Source of the DNA: an uncultured delta proteobacterium
GTDB taxonomy: Bacteria; Myxococcota_A; Polyangia; Polyangiales; Polyangiaceae
Length of the DNA: 64,000 nt
Assembly (NCBI GenBank): GCA_963716725.1
Contig: CAVQUB010000032.1
Span: 256,001-320,000 of the forward strand
Direction: 5' to 3'
Shown here: piece after piece, positions 9,366 through 21,195 of the stretch
How the letters are laid out: the number at the start of each line of letters is the position of its first letter
Position numbering within the stretch: the first letter of the stretch is position 1
The notes under the pieces: model-generated
Databases searched by the model: none
The model's input: the letters and a program-made list of their open reading frames with translations, nothing else
Told to the model about the DNA's origin: nothing
Made by a program: the position numbers and the translations under genes

Positions 9366-10829
9366 ATGAGTCGGTTCGAACGTCTCTCCGCCCTCGATTG
9401 CGCGTTCCTCTACGCCGAGAGCCCGACGGCCCACATGCACGTCGGGTCCTTGCTCTTCTTCGAGGACAAGGGCGCCAGCGAGGCGGACTTTTCGGAGCAC
9501 ATCCGGAGCCGGCTCCACCACGTGCCGCGCTTTCGGAAGAAGGTGCGCTTCGTGCCCGGGGGGCTCCACCGGCCGGTGTGGGTGGACGACCCGCACTTCG
9601 ACCTGCGCTTCCACGTGCGCTGGACGGGCTTGCCGAAGCCGCGGGGCGAGCGCGAAGCCCTGGCGCTCATGGGGCGGGTCATGAGCCACCACCTCGACCG
9701 CCGCAAGCCGCTCTGGGAAATGTGGGTGTTCGATCTGGAAGACGGCCGGCGCGGCGTGATTCAGAAGACTCACCACTGCCTGATCGACGGCGCGAGTGGC
9801 GTCGATCTCGGCACGGTGCTCTTGGACTTCGCGGCTGACGCGCCGCCCGTCGCGGGTGAGCCCTGGACCCCGGATCCGGAGCCGACCGACGCTGAATTGA
9901 CGCGGGACGCCCTGCTCGACCTCCGGGGTCGCTCGCGGCAGCTCAAGGATGCTGCGCGTCGGGTGTGGGAGGATCCCGAAGCCCTCGGCAGCCTCGCGGA
10001 CAAGGCCCGCGACGTCCTTGACGGTATCAAGTCGTTTGGCCGATCCGCTGCCGAATTCATGCCCCGCACCAGCCTCAACGCCGAGCTTGGCGCTCACCGG
10101 CGCTTCCAGGTCGTTCGCCTCTCGCTCGCCGACGTGAAGCGCGTGCGGCAGCGCTTCGAGTGCACGGTCAACGACGTGGTGCTGGCGCTGGTGACCAGCG
10201 CTTTGCGCAAGCTCCTCTTGTCGCGAGGGGAGAGCGTCGAGGGCTTGACGATGAAGGCAATGGTGCCCGTGAGCGTTCGGGACGCCTCCCAGGCCCGAAC
10301 CTGGGGCAACAAGGTCAGCATGATCGCGGCCGAGCTGCCCGTGGGACTGCCGGATCCGAAACAACGACTGTTGGCTCTGCGCGATCGCATGGCGGATCTC
10401 AAGCGCTCACGTCAGGCCGTGGGCGCTGACTTTTGGGTACGCCTTGGCGAGTTCGCGCCGCCCACGTTGCTGTCCCTCGCAGGTCGCGCCGTCGCCATGC
10501 AGCGCATGGTGAACCTGGTGGTCACGAACGTGCCGGGCCCGCAGTTCCCGCTCTACCTGCGCGGCGCGCGCATGCTCGAGGCCTTTCCCTACGTTCCAGT
10601 GTTTGCGCAAAACCCGCTGGGTGTCGCCGTGCTCTCCTACGACGGCGCGCTGGGCTTTGGCCTCACCGGAGACTGGGACTCGGTCCCCGATCTCGAGGTC
10701 TTTGCCGCCGGTATCCCCGAGGCACTCGCGGATCTCGACGCCGACGCGCCGGCGGCTGCGTCAGGCGCCAAGCCGAAGCGCAGAGCCGCCGCCAAGAAGA
10801 AGCCCAGCGGCTCGACCGCCACGGGTTGA
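9366..10829 (+). CDS. Wax ester synthase / diacylglycerol acyltransferase (WS/DGAT)
   Basis: ERLSALDCAFLYAESPTAHMHVG N-terminus, catalytic HHCLIDG, NLVVTNVPGP. Confidence 0.92.
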   Translation: MSRFERLSALDCAFLYAESPTAHMHVGSLLFFEDKGASEADFSEHIRSRLHHVPRFRKKVRFVPGGLHRPVWVDDPHFDLRFHVRWTGLPKPRGEREALALMGRVMSHHLDRRKPLWEMWVFDLEDGRRGVIQKTHHCLIDGASGVDLGTVLLDFAADAPPVAGEPWTPDPEPTDAELTRDALLDLRGRSRQLKDAARRVWEDPEALGSLADKARDVLDGIKSFGRSAAEFMPRTSLNAELGAHRRFQVVRLSLADVKRVRQRFECTVNDVVLALVTSALRKLLLSRGESVEGLTMKAMVPVSVRDASQARTWGNKVSMIAAELPVGLPDPKQRLLALRDRMADLKRSRQAVGADFWVRLGEFAPPTLLSLAGRAVAMQRMVNLVVTNVPGPQFPLYLRGARMLEAFPYVPVFAQNPLGVAVLSYDGALGFGLTGDWDSVPDLEVFAAGIPEALADLDADAPAAASGAKPKRRAAAKKKPSGSTATG

Positions 10830-11426
10830 TCAACCTGCCAGTGCGTCCTCGACGAAGTCGAGGCGGTCTTTACCGAAGAAGAGTTCGTTGCCGACCACCG
10901 AGACAGGCGCGCCGAAGACCCCACGCGCACGCGCGGCCTCGGTGGCGGCGCGTAGTGCGTCTTTCACCTCGGGGGAGCGGGAGCGGGCGAGCACGGCGGC
11001 GGCATCTTGGCCCAGCGAGGTCAGGATCTCGGCGAGCACACTCTCGTCCGCGATGTCCCGATCGTCGACCCAATAGGCGCGGAAGACCGCCTCGGCCCAA
11101 GCTCGATGCGAGAGCAACAGCTCGTCGCACAAAAGCGAAATGCGGAGCGCGCCGAGCGTGTTGATGGGAAAGCGCGAGGGGAAGCGGAGAGCGATGCCGT
11201 GTTTGGCGCTCCAGCGCTCGAGGTCGCGGAGGCTGGCGGCGGCCTTCTCCGGGGTGGACATGCCTGGCGTCATGGCTGCGCCAAGGAGCTTGAACAAACC
11301 GCCCAAGAAGAAGGGACGATAGTCGATGGTCGCGCCGCTGCGCCCAGCGATGGCCGGGAGCATGAGGGCTGCGAAGTAGGCGTTCGGGCTGGAGAAGTCG
11401 TAGTAAAATTCGACGGTTTTTTTCAT
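10830..11426 (-). CDS. DsbA-like 2-hydroxychromene-2-carboxylate isomerase family protein
   Basis: VEFYYDFSSPNAY, YRPFFLGGLF, GVFGAP...LFFGKDRL. Confidence 0.88.
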   Translation of the reverse strand: MKKTVEFYYDFSSPNAYFAALMLPAIAGRSGATIDYRPFFLGGLFKLLGAAMTPGMSTPEKAAASLRDLERWSAKHGIALRFPSRFPINTLGALRISLLCDELLLSHRAWAEAVFRAYWVDDRDIADESVLAEILTSLGQDAAAVLARSRSPEVKDALRAATEAARARGVFGAPVSVVGNELFFGKDRLDFVEDALAG

Positions 11427-11447
11427 GTTCACGCTCGCCTCCACAGT

Positions 11448-13592
11448 TCACGCGCGGCCGCCAAGATTCTCAGCTTCGTCGACCATCACCAGATTGGCGG
11501 CGTCGCCCAGCGGGATGAAGCTGTCGGCCGCGGCTACTCGCGAGAATCGCACGTCGCCGCCCGCGTCGAGCACCGCCGCCGCCAGGGCCTCCGAGACGTT
11601 CCCGCTCTTCCGGCATTCGTCCACGACCAACAGTCGGCCACACTCCCGGGCGTGCTCGACGACCTCTCGCTCGGGCAGCGGTACCAGCCAGCGCAGGTCC
11701 AAGACCCGGGCCCTCGCTCCTGTTTCCCCCTCGAGACGGCGCGCGACACGAAGGCTCATCCAGAGTCCATTGCCGTAGGTCGCGATCACCAGATCGCAAG
11801 CCTCGGGGTGATAGACCCGTGGCTTGCCGAAGCTCGCGGCACCGGCCGGTGGCAGAGCGGCCCACTCGCCGTCGCCGTCGGCGTGAAGATCGCGCGTGTG
11901 GTAGAGCGCGATGGGTTCGACCACGACCACGACGCGTCGGGCCGTCTTCGCCAGCGCAAACGCCGTGCGGTAAAGCTCGAGCGCGTCATCTCCGCGAGCC
12001 GGAACCAAGACGACCAGCCCCGGAATGTCGCGCAGCACCGCGAGCGAGTTGTCGTTGTGGAAGTGGCCACCGAACCCCTTCTGATATCCGAGCCCGGCGA
12101 TACGCACCACCATCGGGTTGTCGTAGGCGCGATCAGAGAAGAACTGCATGGTCGCCGCTTCGCCCCGCAACTGGTCCTCTGCGTTGTGCAGGTACGCGAG
12201 GTACTGGATCTCGGGCACAGGCAGGAGGCCGAGCGTCGCGGTGCCCAGGGCGAGCCCAAGGATGGTTTGCTCGTCGAGCAGGGTGTTGAACACCCGCAGC
12301 GGGCCGAACTTGGCGAGCAGCCCCTTGGTCAGGCCGTAGACGCCGCCTTTCTTGGCGACGTCCTCGCCGAATACGAGCAACTCCGGGAGCCTGCTCATGG
12401 CCTCGCCCAACGCCAAGTTGATGCCCTGAGCCAAGGTGATGGGTGGCGCTTGGAGCGTGCCGGCCATGCCCGCGGCTTCGGCAGCCACTTCGGGGCCGAT
12501 CGGGCTCACCAGCGCAGCCACCACCTCGGCGCGGGTCGCCAGCTTCGGGCGCGTCGTTGCGGCGACAGCGGCCGCCCCCACGCGAGCGGCGCAGCGCTCT
12601 TGCAGGGCCAGGACCGCTGACCGATCGAGGGCGCCGGCGTCTACGAGATCCAGCGCCGCGAGCAGCACGGGGTCACGTCGTTCGGCCTCCTCGAGCTCGG
12701 AGGCGCTGCGGTAGGTCGTGTCCACGTCGCTGCCCGCGTGGCCCAAGAGCCGCACCGCGCCCAGGCGCAAGAGCGCCGCGCGCCGCGTTCGACGACAGTA
12801 TTCGATGGCGCCTCGGGCCGCCCGGAACGCGCCAGCGAGGTCCGAGCCGTCGGCGTCGAAGTACTCGACGTGCGGCTGCGCGCGGAGTCTCGTCTCTACC
12901 CATCCCTCCGGTGTGCGCACGCTGATGCCGAGCCCGTTGTCCTCGCAGACGAAGAGCAGCGGGACTGCCAGCTTCTGGTGCAGCGTCCAGCTCGTGGCGT
13001 TGAGGGTGCCGAGCGCCGTCGAATGGTTCAGACTCGCGTCGCCAAAGGTCACGACCGCGATGGCCGTGCGCGCGTTCGGAAGGGCGACGCCCAGGCGGGG
13101 CGCGCGCTCGAGCGCGAAGGCGAGGCCCAGCGCCCGGGGCAGCTGCGACGCAATGGTGCTGGTGCTCGGGATGATTCCTAGGGGCTTGCTGCCGAAGACC
13201 TTGTGCCGGCCGCCGCTGACCGGCTCTTCACTCGACGCCATCAGCGACAGCACGATGTCGCGGACTGGGTCGATGTCCGCCATGGGACGGGCGCGCTCGA
13301 TCTGTAGCGCCGCGCTGCGGTAGTGGACAATGGTCGGGTCGCTCGGCCCCGTCAGGCGACCGAGCACCACGTTCGCCTCGTGGCCCGTGCTGCAGATGGT
13401 GTAGTGACCCAGGCCGCGCGCCCGGAGCTCGTGGGCACACAGGTCGAGCTCGCGCGCGAGCAGCATCGACTCGAGGAGATCTCGCCCGACCTCGGGGGCG
13501 AGGTCCCAGTCCGGTCGCCGGGGTCGGGGGGTATGGTCCTTGACCTGATCGCGGAAGCGAGCGAGCAGGTGGCGAGCTCTTTCGAGCGACAT
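11448..13592 (-). CDS. Fused alpha/beta 2-oxoacid (branched-chain-type) dehydrogenase E1, TPP-dependent
   Basis: HYRS, TPP motif FGDAS...N, VFGEDVAKKGGVYG, FNTLLDEQTI, PEIQYLAY, GHFHNDN; extreme C-terminus probably frameshifted (DEAEILAAARELW in another frame). Confidence 0.88.
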   Translation of the reverse strand: MSLERARHLLARFRDQVKDHTPRPRRPDWDLAPEVGRDLLESMLLARELDLCAHELRARGLGHYTICSTGHEANVVLGRLTGPSDPTIVHYRSAALQIERARPMADIDPVRDIVLSLMASSEEPVSGGRHKVFGSKPLGIIPSTSTIASQLPRALGLAFALERAPRLGVALPNARTAIAVVTFGDASLNHSTALGTLNATSWTLHQKLAVPLLFVCEDNGLGISVRTPEGWVETRLRAQPHVEYFDADGSDLAGAFRAARGAIEYCRRTRRAALLRLGAVRLLGHAGSDVDTTYRSASELEEAERRDPVLLAALDLVDAGALDRSAVLALQERCAARVGAAAVAATTRPKLATRAEVVAALVSPIGPEVAAEAAGMAGTLQAPPITLAQGINLALGEAMSRLPELLVFGEDVAKKGGVYGLTKGLLAKFGPLRVFNTLLDEQTILGLALGTATLGLLPVPEIQYLAYLHNAEDQLRGEAATMQFFSDRAYDNPMVVRIAGLGYQKGFGGHFHNDNSLAVLRDIPGLVVLVPARGDDALELYRTAFALAKTARRVVVVVEPIALYHTRDLHADGDGEWAALPPAGAASFGKPRVYHPEACDLVIATYGNGLWMSLRVARRLEGETGARARVLDLRWLVPLPEREVVEHARECGRLLVVDECRKSGNVSEALAAAVLDAGGDVRFSRVAAADSFIPLGDAANLVMVDEAENLGGRA

Positions 13593-13685
13593 GGGGCAGC
13601 GAGCCTAGTTCGGCAGGTAGGACCTCCGCAATCGCGCCGGCTTTGCGCGGAGTCCCGTCGGGGCGCTACCCTCCGAGATGGCGCG

Positions 13686-15566
13686 ATGGCTTCCGACCGA
13701 TCGGGACAGGGTGCGGGCAGCGAGCCACCGCTTCGCATGACGGCTCCCGACGAGCCTACCCAGGTCGACGTCCGACTGCGGCCGGAGGGGGAGCTGAACC
13801 GGGGCGCAGCCGACCCGACGGAGACGGGCACGACGAAGAGCGACGGCACCGTGTCCGGGAGCGGTGTGACCAGCTCGACGGGTTTCGGGCTGACGCGGGG
13901 CGGCGCTGCGAGCGGTGTCACCACGGCCTCGCCGCTGATCCTCCGAAGTGAGGAGCACGCTCGAGCCATCGCGCTCTTCCGACTGGTGCTCATCGCGGCG
14001 CTGGCCGCCATGATAGCGGTGTGGCTTCCGGCGCGCGTGTCGCCCGGTCGCTGGCTCGCCACCGTCGTGACCGGGGTCACCGCAGCCGTCACCACCTGGC
14101 TTCTGATCGAGTTCCGAGAGGCGGAGCGTTTCAGTGAAAAGAAGCTCTTGCTTCAGGGCCTGTGCTGCGTGGCCTCGATCCTCGCCGTCGTCTACTACGT
14201 CGGGATCTTCTCGCCGCCGATCATCGCGATGTACATCGGCATCTACTTCTTTGGCGTCGGTGACTCGCAGCGCTCGGGTTGGGCGATCTACCTCAGCGGG
14301 GCCATCGGCTATCTCCTGCTCTGCGCGGGCGCGATGGCCGGCCTCCTGCCCACCGATCAGTCCGTGATGGCGCTGCGTGAGCCTGAACTTCCGAGCATGT
14401 TCGCCGTCGCCATGGTCTGTCAGGTGCTCTTCGTGGCGACCTTCTGGATGGCACGACGGAGTCGGCAGGCCACCTTGGCGGCGTTCGACCGCCTGGAACG
14501 GGCGACGCGTCAGATCAAGAAGCGCGAAGCGCTACTGAACGAGGCTCGTGCCGAATTCGACCAAGAACGCGCGGCGAAGCAGGGGCGTTTCAGCGACCAA
14601 CAAGTGGGAAGATACGCCATCGGCGAGGTCATCGGTCGCGGCGCCATGGGCGAGGTGTACCGCGGATGGGAGATCGGGTCGGAGCGCGCCGTCGCGGTCA
14701 AGTTCTTGAGCCCGGCGTTGACCGAAGACGCCGCGGCGGTCGAACGCTTCTTCCGCGAGTCGGACATCGCCGCGCGGGTGGACTCGAAGCACATCGTCAG
14801 AGTACTGGATCGCGGGGTGGCCGAAGGCGGCTCGCCCTTCCTGGTCATGGAGCTGCTCGAGGGCGCCGACCTGGCGCAGATCCTCCGGGAGCGTCGCCGG
14901 TTGGGCATGGCGGAGGCCCTCGAGCTGGTCCAGCAAGTGGGGCAAGCGCTCGCGGCCGCCGACGAGAGCGGCATCGTGCATCGTGATCTCAAGCCACAGA
15001 ATCTCTTCCGCGTGCAAGCCGCCGGGAGGGCCACCTGGAAGGTGCTCGATTTTGGCGTCTCCAAGGTGAAAGACGCCGCCAAAGATCTGACCCAGGGAGC
15101 AGCGGTGGGCACACCCAGCTACATGTCCCCGGAGCAAGCGCGCGGGGCACCGGTCGACCACCGCGCCGACGTGTTTGCGCTGGGCATCGTGGCCTATCGA
15201 GTGCTCACGGGCAAACCCGCGTTCACCGGGCCCGACAGCGCGAGCACGCTGTACAACGTGGCGCACGTCCAGCCAGCTCGCCCGGCGGATCTGGCGAAGC
15301 TCGGAGAAGACGTGGAACGCGCGCTGGCCCTGGCGCTGGCCAAGGAGCGCGACCGGCGCTTTTCGTCGTCCCTGATGTTCGCGGCGGCGCTCGTCGATGC
15401 GGCGAAGAGCCGGCTGGACGAGCGCATTCGGCGCGACGCGGACGCCTTGCTCGAATCGCAGCCCTGGGGATCGGACGTTTTGCAAGCCCTGAAGGCCGAG
15501 AACAAGCGCTGGCGATTCGGCGAATCCAAGCCGAGAACGAGCATCAAGCCCCCGCCAGCTGCCTGA
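13686..15566 (+). CDS. Membrane-bound Hanks-type Ser/Thr protein kinase
   Basis: Several N-terminal TM helices, then IGRGAMGEVY, VAVK, HRDLKPQN, DFG, GTPSYMSPEQ. Confidence 0.92.
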   Translation: MASDRSGQGAGSEPPLRMTAPDEPTQVDVRLRPEGELNRGAADPTETGTTKSDGTVSGSGVTSSTGFGLTRGGAASGVTTASPLILRSEEHARAIALFRLVLIAALAAMIAVWLPARVSPGRWLATVVTGVTAAVTTWLLIEFREAERFSEKKLLLQGLCCVASILAVVYYVGIFSPPIIAMYIGIYFFGVGDSQRSGWAIYLSGAIGYLLLCAGAMAGLLPTDQSVMALREPELPSMFAVAMVCQVLFVATFWMARRSRQATLAAFDRLERATRQIKKREALLNEARAEFDQERAAKQGRFSDQQVGRYAIGEVIGRGAMGEVYRGWEIGSERAVAVKFLSPALTEDAAAVERFFRESDIAARVDSKHIVRVLDRGVAEGGSPFLVMELLEGADLAQILRERRRLGMAEALELVQQVGQALAAADESGIVHRDLKPQNLFRVQAAGRATWKVLDFGVSKVKDAAKDLTQGAAVGTPSYMSPEQARGAPVDHRADVFALGIVAYRVLTGKPAFTGPDSASTLYNVAHVQPARPADLAKLGEDVERALALALAKERDRRFSSSLMFAAALVDAAKSRLDERIRRDADALLESQPWGSDVLQALKAENKRWRFGESKPRTSIKPPPAA

Positions 15567-15575
15567 GCGGCACCC

Positions 15576-17510
<1,935 letters not shown>

Positions 17511-17747
17511 GCCGCGAAGGTAGCAACGCTGGCGCCGAGCCGGTAGGCTGGATGTAGGGCCGCGTGACCGACGCGGGCCTGTGCTTCGAGGTCGACACGA
17601 CCGAGCCGTGAGGCGCCTGCGCGCTGTGGTGCGGGAGCGTTGCTGCCGAGTGAGCTGGGTCCCGCGCGCTGTGGTCGTAGCCTGCGTGTCCCGGCGCGGA
17701 GCCGCAGCCAGGTCTCGCGACACCGATCGCTCAACTTGCACAAAACC

Positions 17748-17756
17748 TGCTACCTT
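17748..17756 (+). promoter_or_regulatory. Putative extended -10 promoter of selC
   Basis: TGcTACCTT ending 8 nt before the first tRNA base. Confidence 0.4.
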
Positions 17757-17763
17757 CCCCCTC

Positions 17764-17860
17764 GGAAGCGCTCGGTACGCTGGCGCGGCCCTCGGTCTTC
17801 AAAACCGATGGGGCCTCGGTGAACCCGGGGTCCGGTGGGTTCGATTCCCATGCGCTTCCG
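17764..17860 (+). tRNA. selC: tRNA-Sec (anticodon TCA)
   Basis: 8-bp acceptor GGAAGCGC/GCGCTTCC, anticodon arm TCGGT-CTTCAAA-ACCGA, long ~9-bp variable arm, T arm GTGGG-TTCGATT-CCCAT, G discriminator; CCA not encoded. Confidence 0.95.
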
Positions 17861-17862
17861 CT

Positions 17863-19602
17863 GTGTCGAGCGTCGCCGACGTGCTCTTTGTTCACCCCGA
17901 GGGCCACTTGAACGACTACGTCGTCCCGGTGGGGGCGCTGGGGTGCATGAATGCGATCCGCGCGACCAAGCTGGGGCGCTTTGCCTTCGAAGTGCGCGAC
18001 GACGAGATCCGCCGGGCGCGGGTCATCGCCTTCGACCTGCACTGGGCCGTCGGACTCCCGGGGTTCTCGAGGCTGGTGCGCCACGTGCGTGTCACGAATC
18101 CGAGCGCGACCCTGGTCGCCGGCGGGATCAGCGCTGGCCTGTGGGCGCCGCGGCTGCTCGACGAGCTGCCCCTCGATTTCGTGATTCGCGGGGACTCGGA
18201 GATCGCATTCACCAAGCTGACCGACGCCGTGCTCTCGGGGCGAGATCCGTCGCGGATCGCCAACGTCGTCTCACGCGATGTGCGCGAACCCGTGTTGAGT
18301 CGGATGACCCACGCCGATCTCGATGCGGTCGACTCGGTCAGCGCGCAGTGGTTCCCGACCTTCCAGCGCGCGGCGCAGATAGAGACCGAAGCGCTCTCGC
18401 ACGCCTGCACCATCTCGGTGACCCGCGGCTGCGCCATGCGTTGTCGCTCGTGTTACGGATCCTTCGGGCAGAGCTTTGGTCCCGGCCAGCTGATCCGAGC
18501 CCCCGAGAGCGTCGTGCGCTCCGTGGCGGCAGCTCGCGAGTCGGGCGCGCCGCGGCTCCGCTTGTTCCTCGGCAAGCCTTCGCCGGCCCGACTCTCGGCG
18601 CTCTGCCGCGCGCTGGCGGACGCGGGCCCGCACCACTTCGAGAGCGAGGTGGGGCTGTTCTGCTGCACGCCGCCATCGGTAGAGGACGCGGCGTGCCTGG
18701 AGGCCGCGTTTCCTCGCGCGGTGGCCATTTCCGCGACGCATCCCGCCGAGCACGAGCCGGCACTGTCGAGGGAGCAGGTCGCGAGCGAGTGGGGCGCGTG
18801 GCGCGAGCTCGGCGCAGAGGTCAGTCGGAGCTCGGTGCTGTCCCTGGATTTCTGGAGCCATGACCCCGAGCTCGTGGCGGAGGCAGCGCGCGAGCTGCCG
18901 ACCGCGGGAAATGCGCGGGCGGCCTGGGCTGGCGCTTGGGAGCTCACCCGACCCACCGACGCGACGGCGCCCGCGGACTTCGAAATCGTGAGCGAGGCGG
19001 TCACGCCGCTGTGGACGAGCGCCGCGGCGAGACTGCTCTCCCCGGCGCTGGAGGAGCTACTTAGACCCTACGGCTGGCTTGATGATCTCGCCGAGGATCC
19101 CGACTCCTTGCCACTTCCGTCCGGTCCGCTCGGGCGGGCCGCCGCCGAGCTTCGAGCTCGGTGGCAGCGACACCGGCTGCCCGCGTTCCCCGGGTTCGAA
19201 CTCGCGGTGGTGCTGCTGCCTCGGAGCGCGGTGCGCGATATTGACAAAGGCATCGCGCGGGTCGACGACGCGAGCCTGAGCAGCGCGCCACCAATCTGGC
19301 TCGCGCGTTCCCACCGTCACGACGGTCTCGAGTTCGTCGCGCAGGTCGAGATCCAGCCGGAGCATCAGGTGGCGAGTCTCGTGGCCAACGCCTCGCCCGG
19401 GCTCGCGCTCGACGGCGACTGGCTCAGCGCCATCGCCGAGCGGGGCCTGCTGAGCCTCGAGCTTCGAGACCGAAGGGGGCTGGCGACGGTGCGCATCTTC
19501 GTAACGAACCACCAGGCGCGCTGGACCATCGACGCGGATGACGGAACGTGGTCCGAAGCCGCCGAGCGCAGTTCCGGGTTCTTCCGCTCCCTGGCGCCTT
19601 GA
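17863..19602 (+). CDS. Cobalamin-binding domain / radical SAM protein
   Basis: N-terminal B12-binding-like domain (IAFDLHW...LVAGGISA...DFVIRGDSE) followed by TRGCAMRCRSC (CxxxCxxC). Confidence 0.8.
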   Translation: MSSVADVLFVHPEGHLNDYVVPVGALGCMNAIRATKLGRFAFEVRDDEIRRARVIAFDLHWAVGLPGFSRLVRHVRVTNPSATLVAGGISAGLWAPRLLDELPLDFVIRGDSEIAFTKLTDAVLSGRDPSRIANVVSRDVREPVLSRMTHADLDAVDSVSAQWFPTFQRAAQIETEALSHACTISVTRGCAMRCRSCYGSFGQSFGPGQLIRAPESVVRSVAAARESGAPRLRLFLGKPSPARLSALCRALADAGPHHFESEVGLFCCTPPSVEDAACLEAAFPRAVAISATHPAEHEPALSREQVASEWGAWRELGAEVSRSSVLSLDFWSHDPELVAEAARELPTAGNARAAWAGAWELTRPTDATAPADFEIVSEAVTPLWTSAAARLLSPALEELLRPYGWLDDLAEDPDSLPLPSGPLGRAAAELRARWQRHRLPAFPGFELAVVLLPRSAVRDIDKGIARVDDASLSSAPPIWLARSHRHDGLEFVAQVEIQPEHQVASLVANASPGLALDGDWLSAIAERGLLSLELRDRRGLATVRIFVTNHQARWTIDADDGTWSEAAERSSGFFRSLAP

Positions 19603-19608
19603 CTGGGT

Positions 19609-21141
19609 TCAGGGCTTCTGGACCCAGAGTTCGACGTTCCGGTCCTGGGCCGTGCCCATCCCGGCCTTGCCGCCCCAACCCGAGACGAAGTCGAGGGTGC
19701 CGAGGGTGCGCCCTTCGAGGGCGACGGGATCCCCCATGGCCGAGAAGTCCACGTTGGTGGTGCGCAGCATCAGGTAGCCGTTGTCCTGGTCGAAGATCTC
19801 GACGATGCGGATCTGGTGAGGGAAATCTGCCAGCGCGCTGGTCATCACCTCCCAGAACGCATGACCGCTGGTCGCGCTGACCCACTTGACGCGATTCTCG
19901 TGAGAGTGCCCGACCATGCTGAAGATCACGTTGGGATAGTTGCCGAGCAGATCGACCCAGGCTTGCTCCGTCACCGCGTCCGCCTGCTGCTTGCCACCGA
20001 GCCCGCTGCCGTCCCCGAGTGAGCTCGTGGCGTGGTGGGAGGCGAGGGCGACCCACTTGCCGTCGGTCTGCGCCTGGTCCAGCGCGGGCTTGATCACCGA
20101 ATCGATGTCGCCCTGGCGCAGCACGCCCTCCGAGCCACCGGTCTCTGCTGCGGTGTCAAGCACCAGAAAACGCAGCGGCGAGTTCTTCGCGTCGAAGGTG
20201 TAGATGGCCTTGCCGCTCTTGGATTGAGTCGGGCCCACACCGTGACCGTCCCCGTCGGCTGCGATGCGCGCCATGATCTGCCCACGCATGAGCGGGAGGC
20301 GAGCCTCGTCCGCCACGATCTCGCCCGTGATCGTCGGACCGCCGGGCTGCGACCAGTCGCGAGTGCCGCCGGGCGAGTCCGAACCGATCGCCTCGGCCTG
20401 TTTGGCGGCGGTAACGGGGAAATTGCCCTGCACCAGGATGTCGTGGTTGCCGGTGACCCAATACCAAGGCATCGCGAGCCCCGGAGCGAGCATCGGATCC
20501 TTCCCGTCGTTCCTGGGTCCCTGGCGGGGATCGTCGTTCTTACCCGAGTCGCACTCGACCGTGTCTCTGCCGCTGAGTAGGCCCAGCACCCAGTCGAGCT
20601 CGTTGTCTTGCGCGCTGTCGGCATTGTCGCCCCCGAGCAGCAGGAAGTCGATGGGGTCGGTCTCGTGCAGCTCGTTCACGCTCTTCACCGCCGCGTTGAC
20701 CATGTGACAGATGTCCACGTCCTGCGGGCGAAAGGCTCCGGCGGTCGCTCCCGGCGTGTCGAAGTTGGCGAGTCGGGTCGGTGATTCGTCGTCGGCGAGC
20801 TGCAGATCGGGCATGTGCACGAAGCGCGCGACGCGCTTGGCGTTGGCACCGGCTGCCGGCGGTGTCACGCCCGGCGGAGTGCGCGTACCGTGGGCCTCTC
20901 CGGGTCCCTGTACTAGCTTGCCAAAGCCTTCCTTCAACATCTCCGCGCGCAGCGCCGGATCCGAGGGCGCCCGGGGATCTGCGGGATCTTTTGGAGTGAC
21001 CGCCGGGCTGAAGGTGAGTTCGGTCGTCAGGCGAACCGGTTCAACCGGGATGCCCCCGCCCCCGCCGCCGCCATCGTCCGAAGAGCCACAACCCAGCGAC
21101 AAGAGTCCGATCACGCAGCCCAGAGGGAGCCCGAAACGCAT
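19609..21141 (-). CDS. Calcineurin-like metallophosphoesterase lipoprotein
   Basis: Lipobox LSLGC; motifs DLQLADDESP, GGDNAD, GNHD, SHH, GHSH. Confidence 0.85.
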   Translation of the reverse strand: MRFGLPLGCVIGLLSLGCGSSDDGGGGGGGIPVEPVRLTTELTFSPAVTPKDPADPRAPSDPALRAEMLKEGFGKLVQGPGEAHGTRTPPGVTPPAAGANAKRVARFVHMPDLQLADDESPTRLANFDTPGATAGAFRPQDVDICHMVNAAVKSVNELHETDPIDFLLLGGDNADSAQDNELDWVLGLLSGRDTVECDSGKNDDPRQGPRNDGKDPMLAPGLAMPWYWVTGNHDILVQGNFPVTAAKQAEAIGSDSPGGTRDWSQPGGPTITGEIVADEARLPLMRGQIMARIAADGDGHGVGPTQSKSGKAIYTFDAKNSPLRFLVLDTAAETGGSEGVLRQGDIDSVIKPALDQAQTDGKWVALASHHATSSLGDGSGLGGKQQADAVTEQAWVDLLGNYPNVIFSMVGHSHENRVKWVSATSGHAFWEVMTSALADFPHQIRIVEIFDQDNGYLMLRTTNVDFSAMGDPVALEGRTLGTLDFVSGWGGKAGMGTAQDRNVELWVQKP

Positions 21142-21195
21142 GCGGCGAGTCTACGCCGCAGATCGGGTTTCGGCGAGGGATCCGTGGCGGGCCGC

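Noticed and set aside
9350..9420. Cys-rich gene ends GGT TGC TGA GGG (G-C-U-G if read through), next to selA
   Set aside because: Read-through would run out of frame over the WS/DGAT gene starting 4 nt later, and no convincing SECIS hairpin follows; treated as a true stop.
17615..17680. Direct repeat CGCGCTGTGGT x2 between selB and selC
   Set aside because: An 11-bp match in GC-rich DNA with no supporting context.
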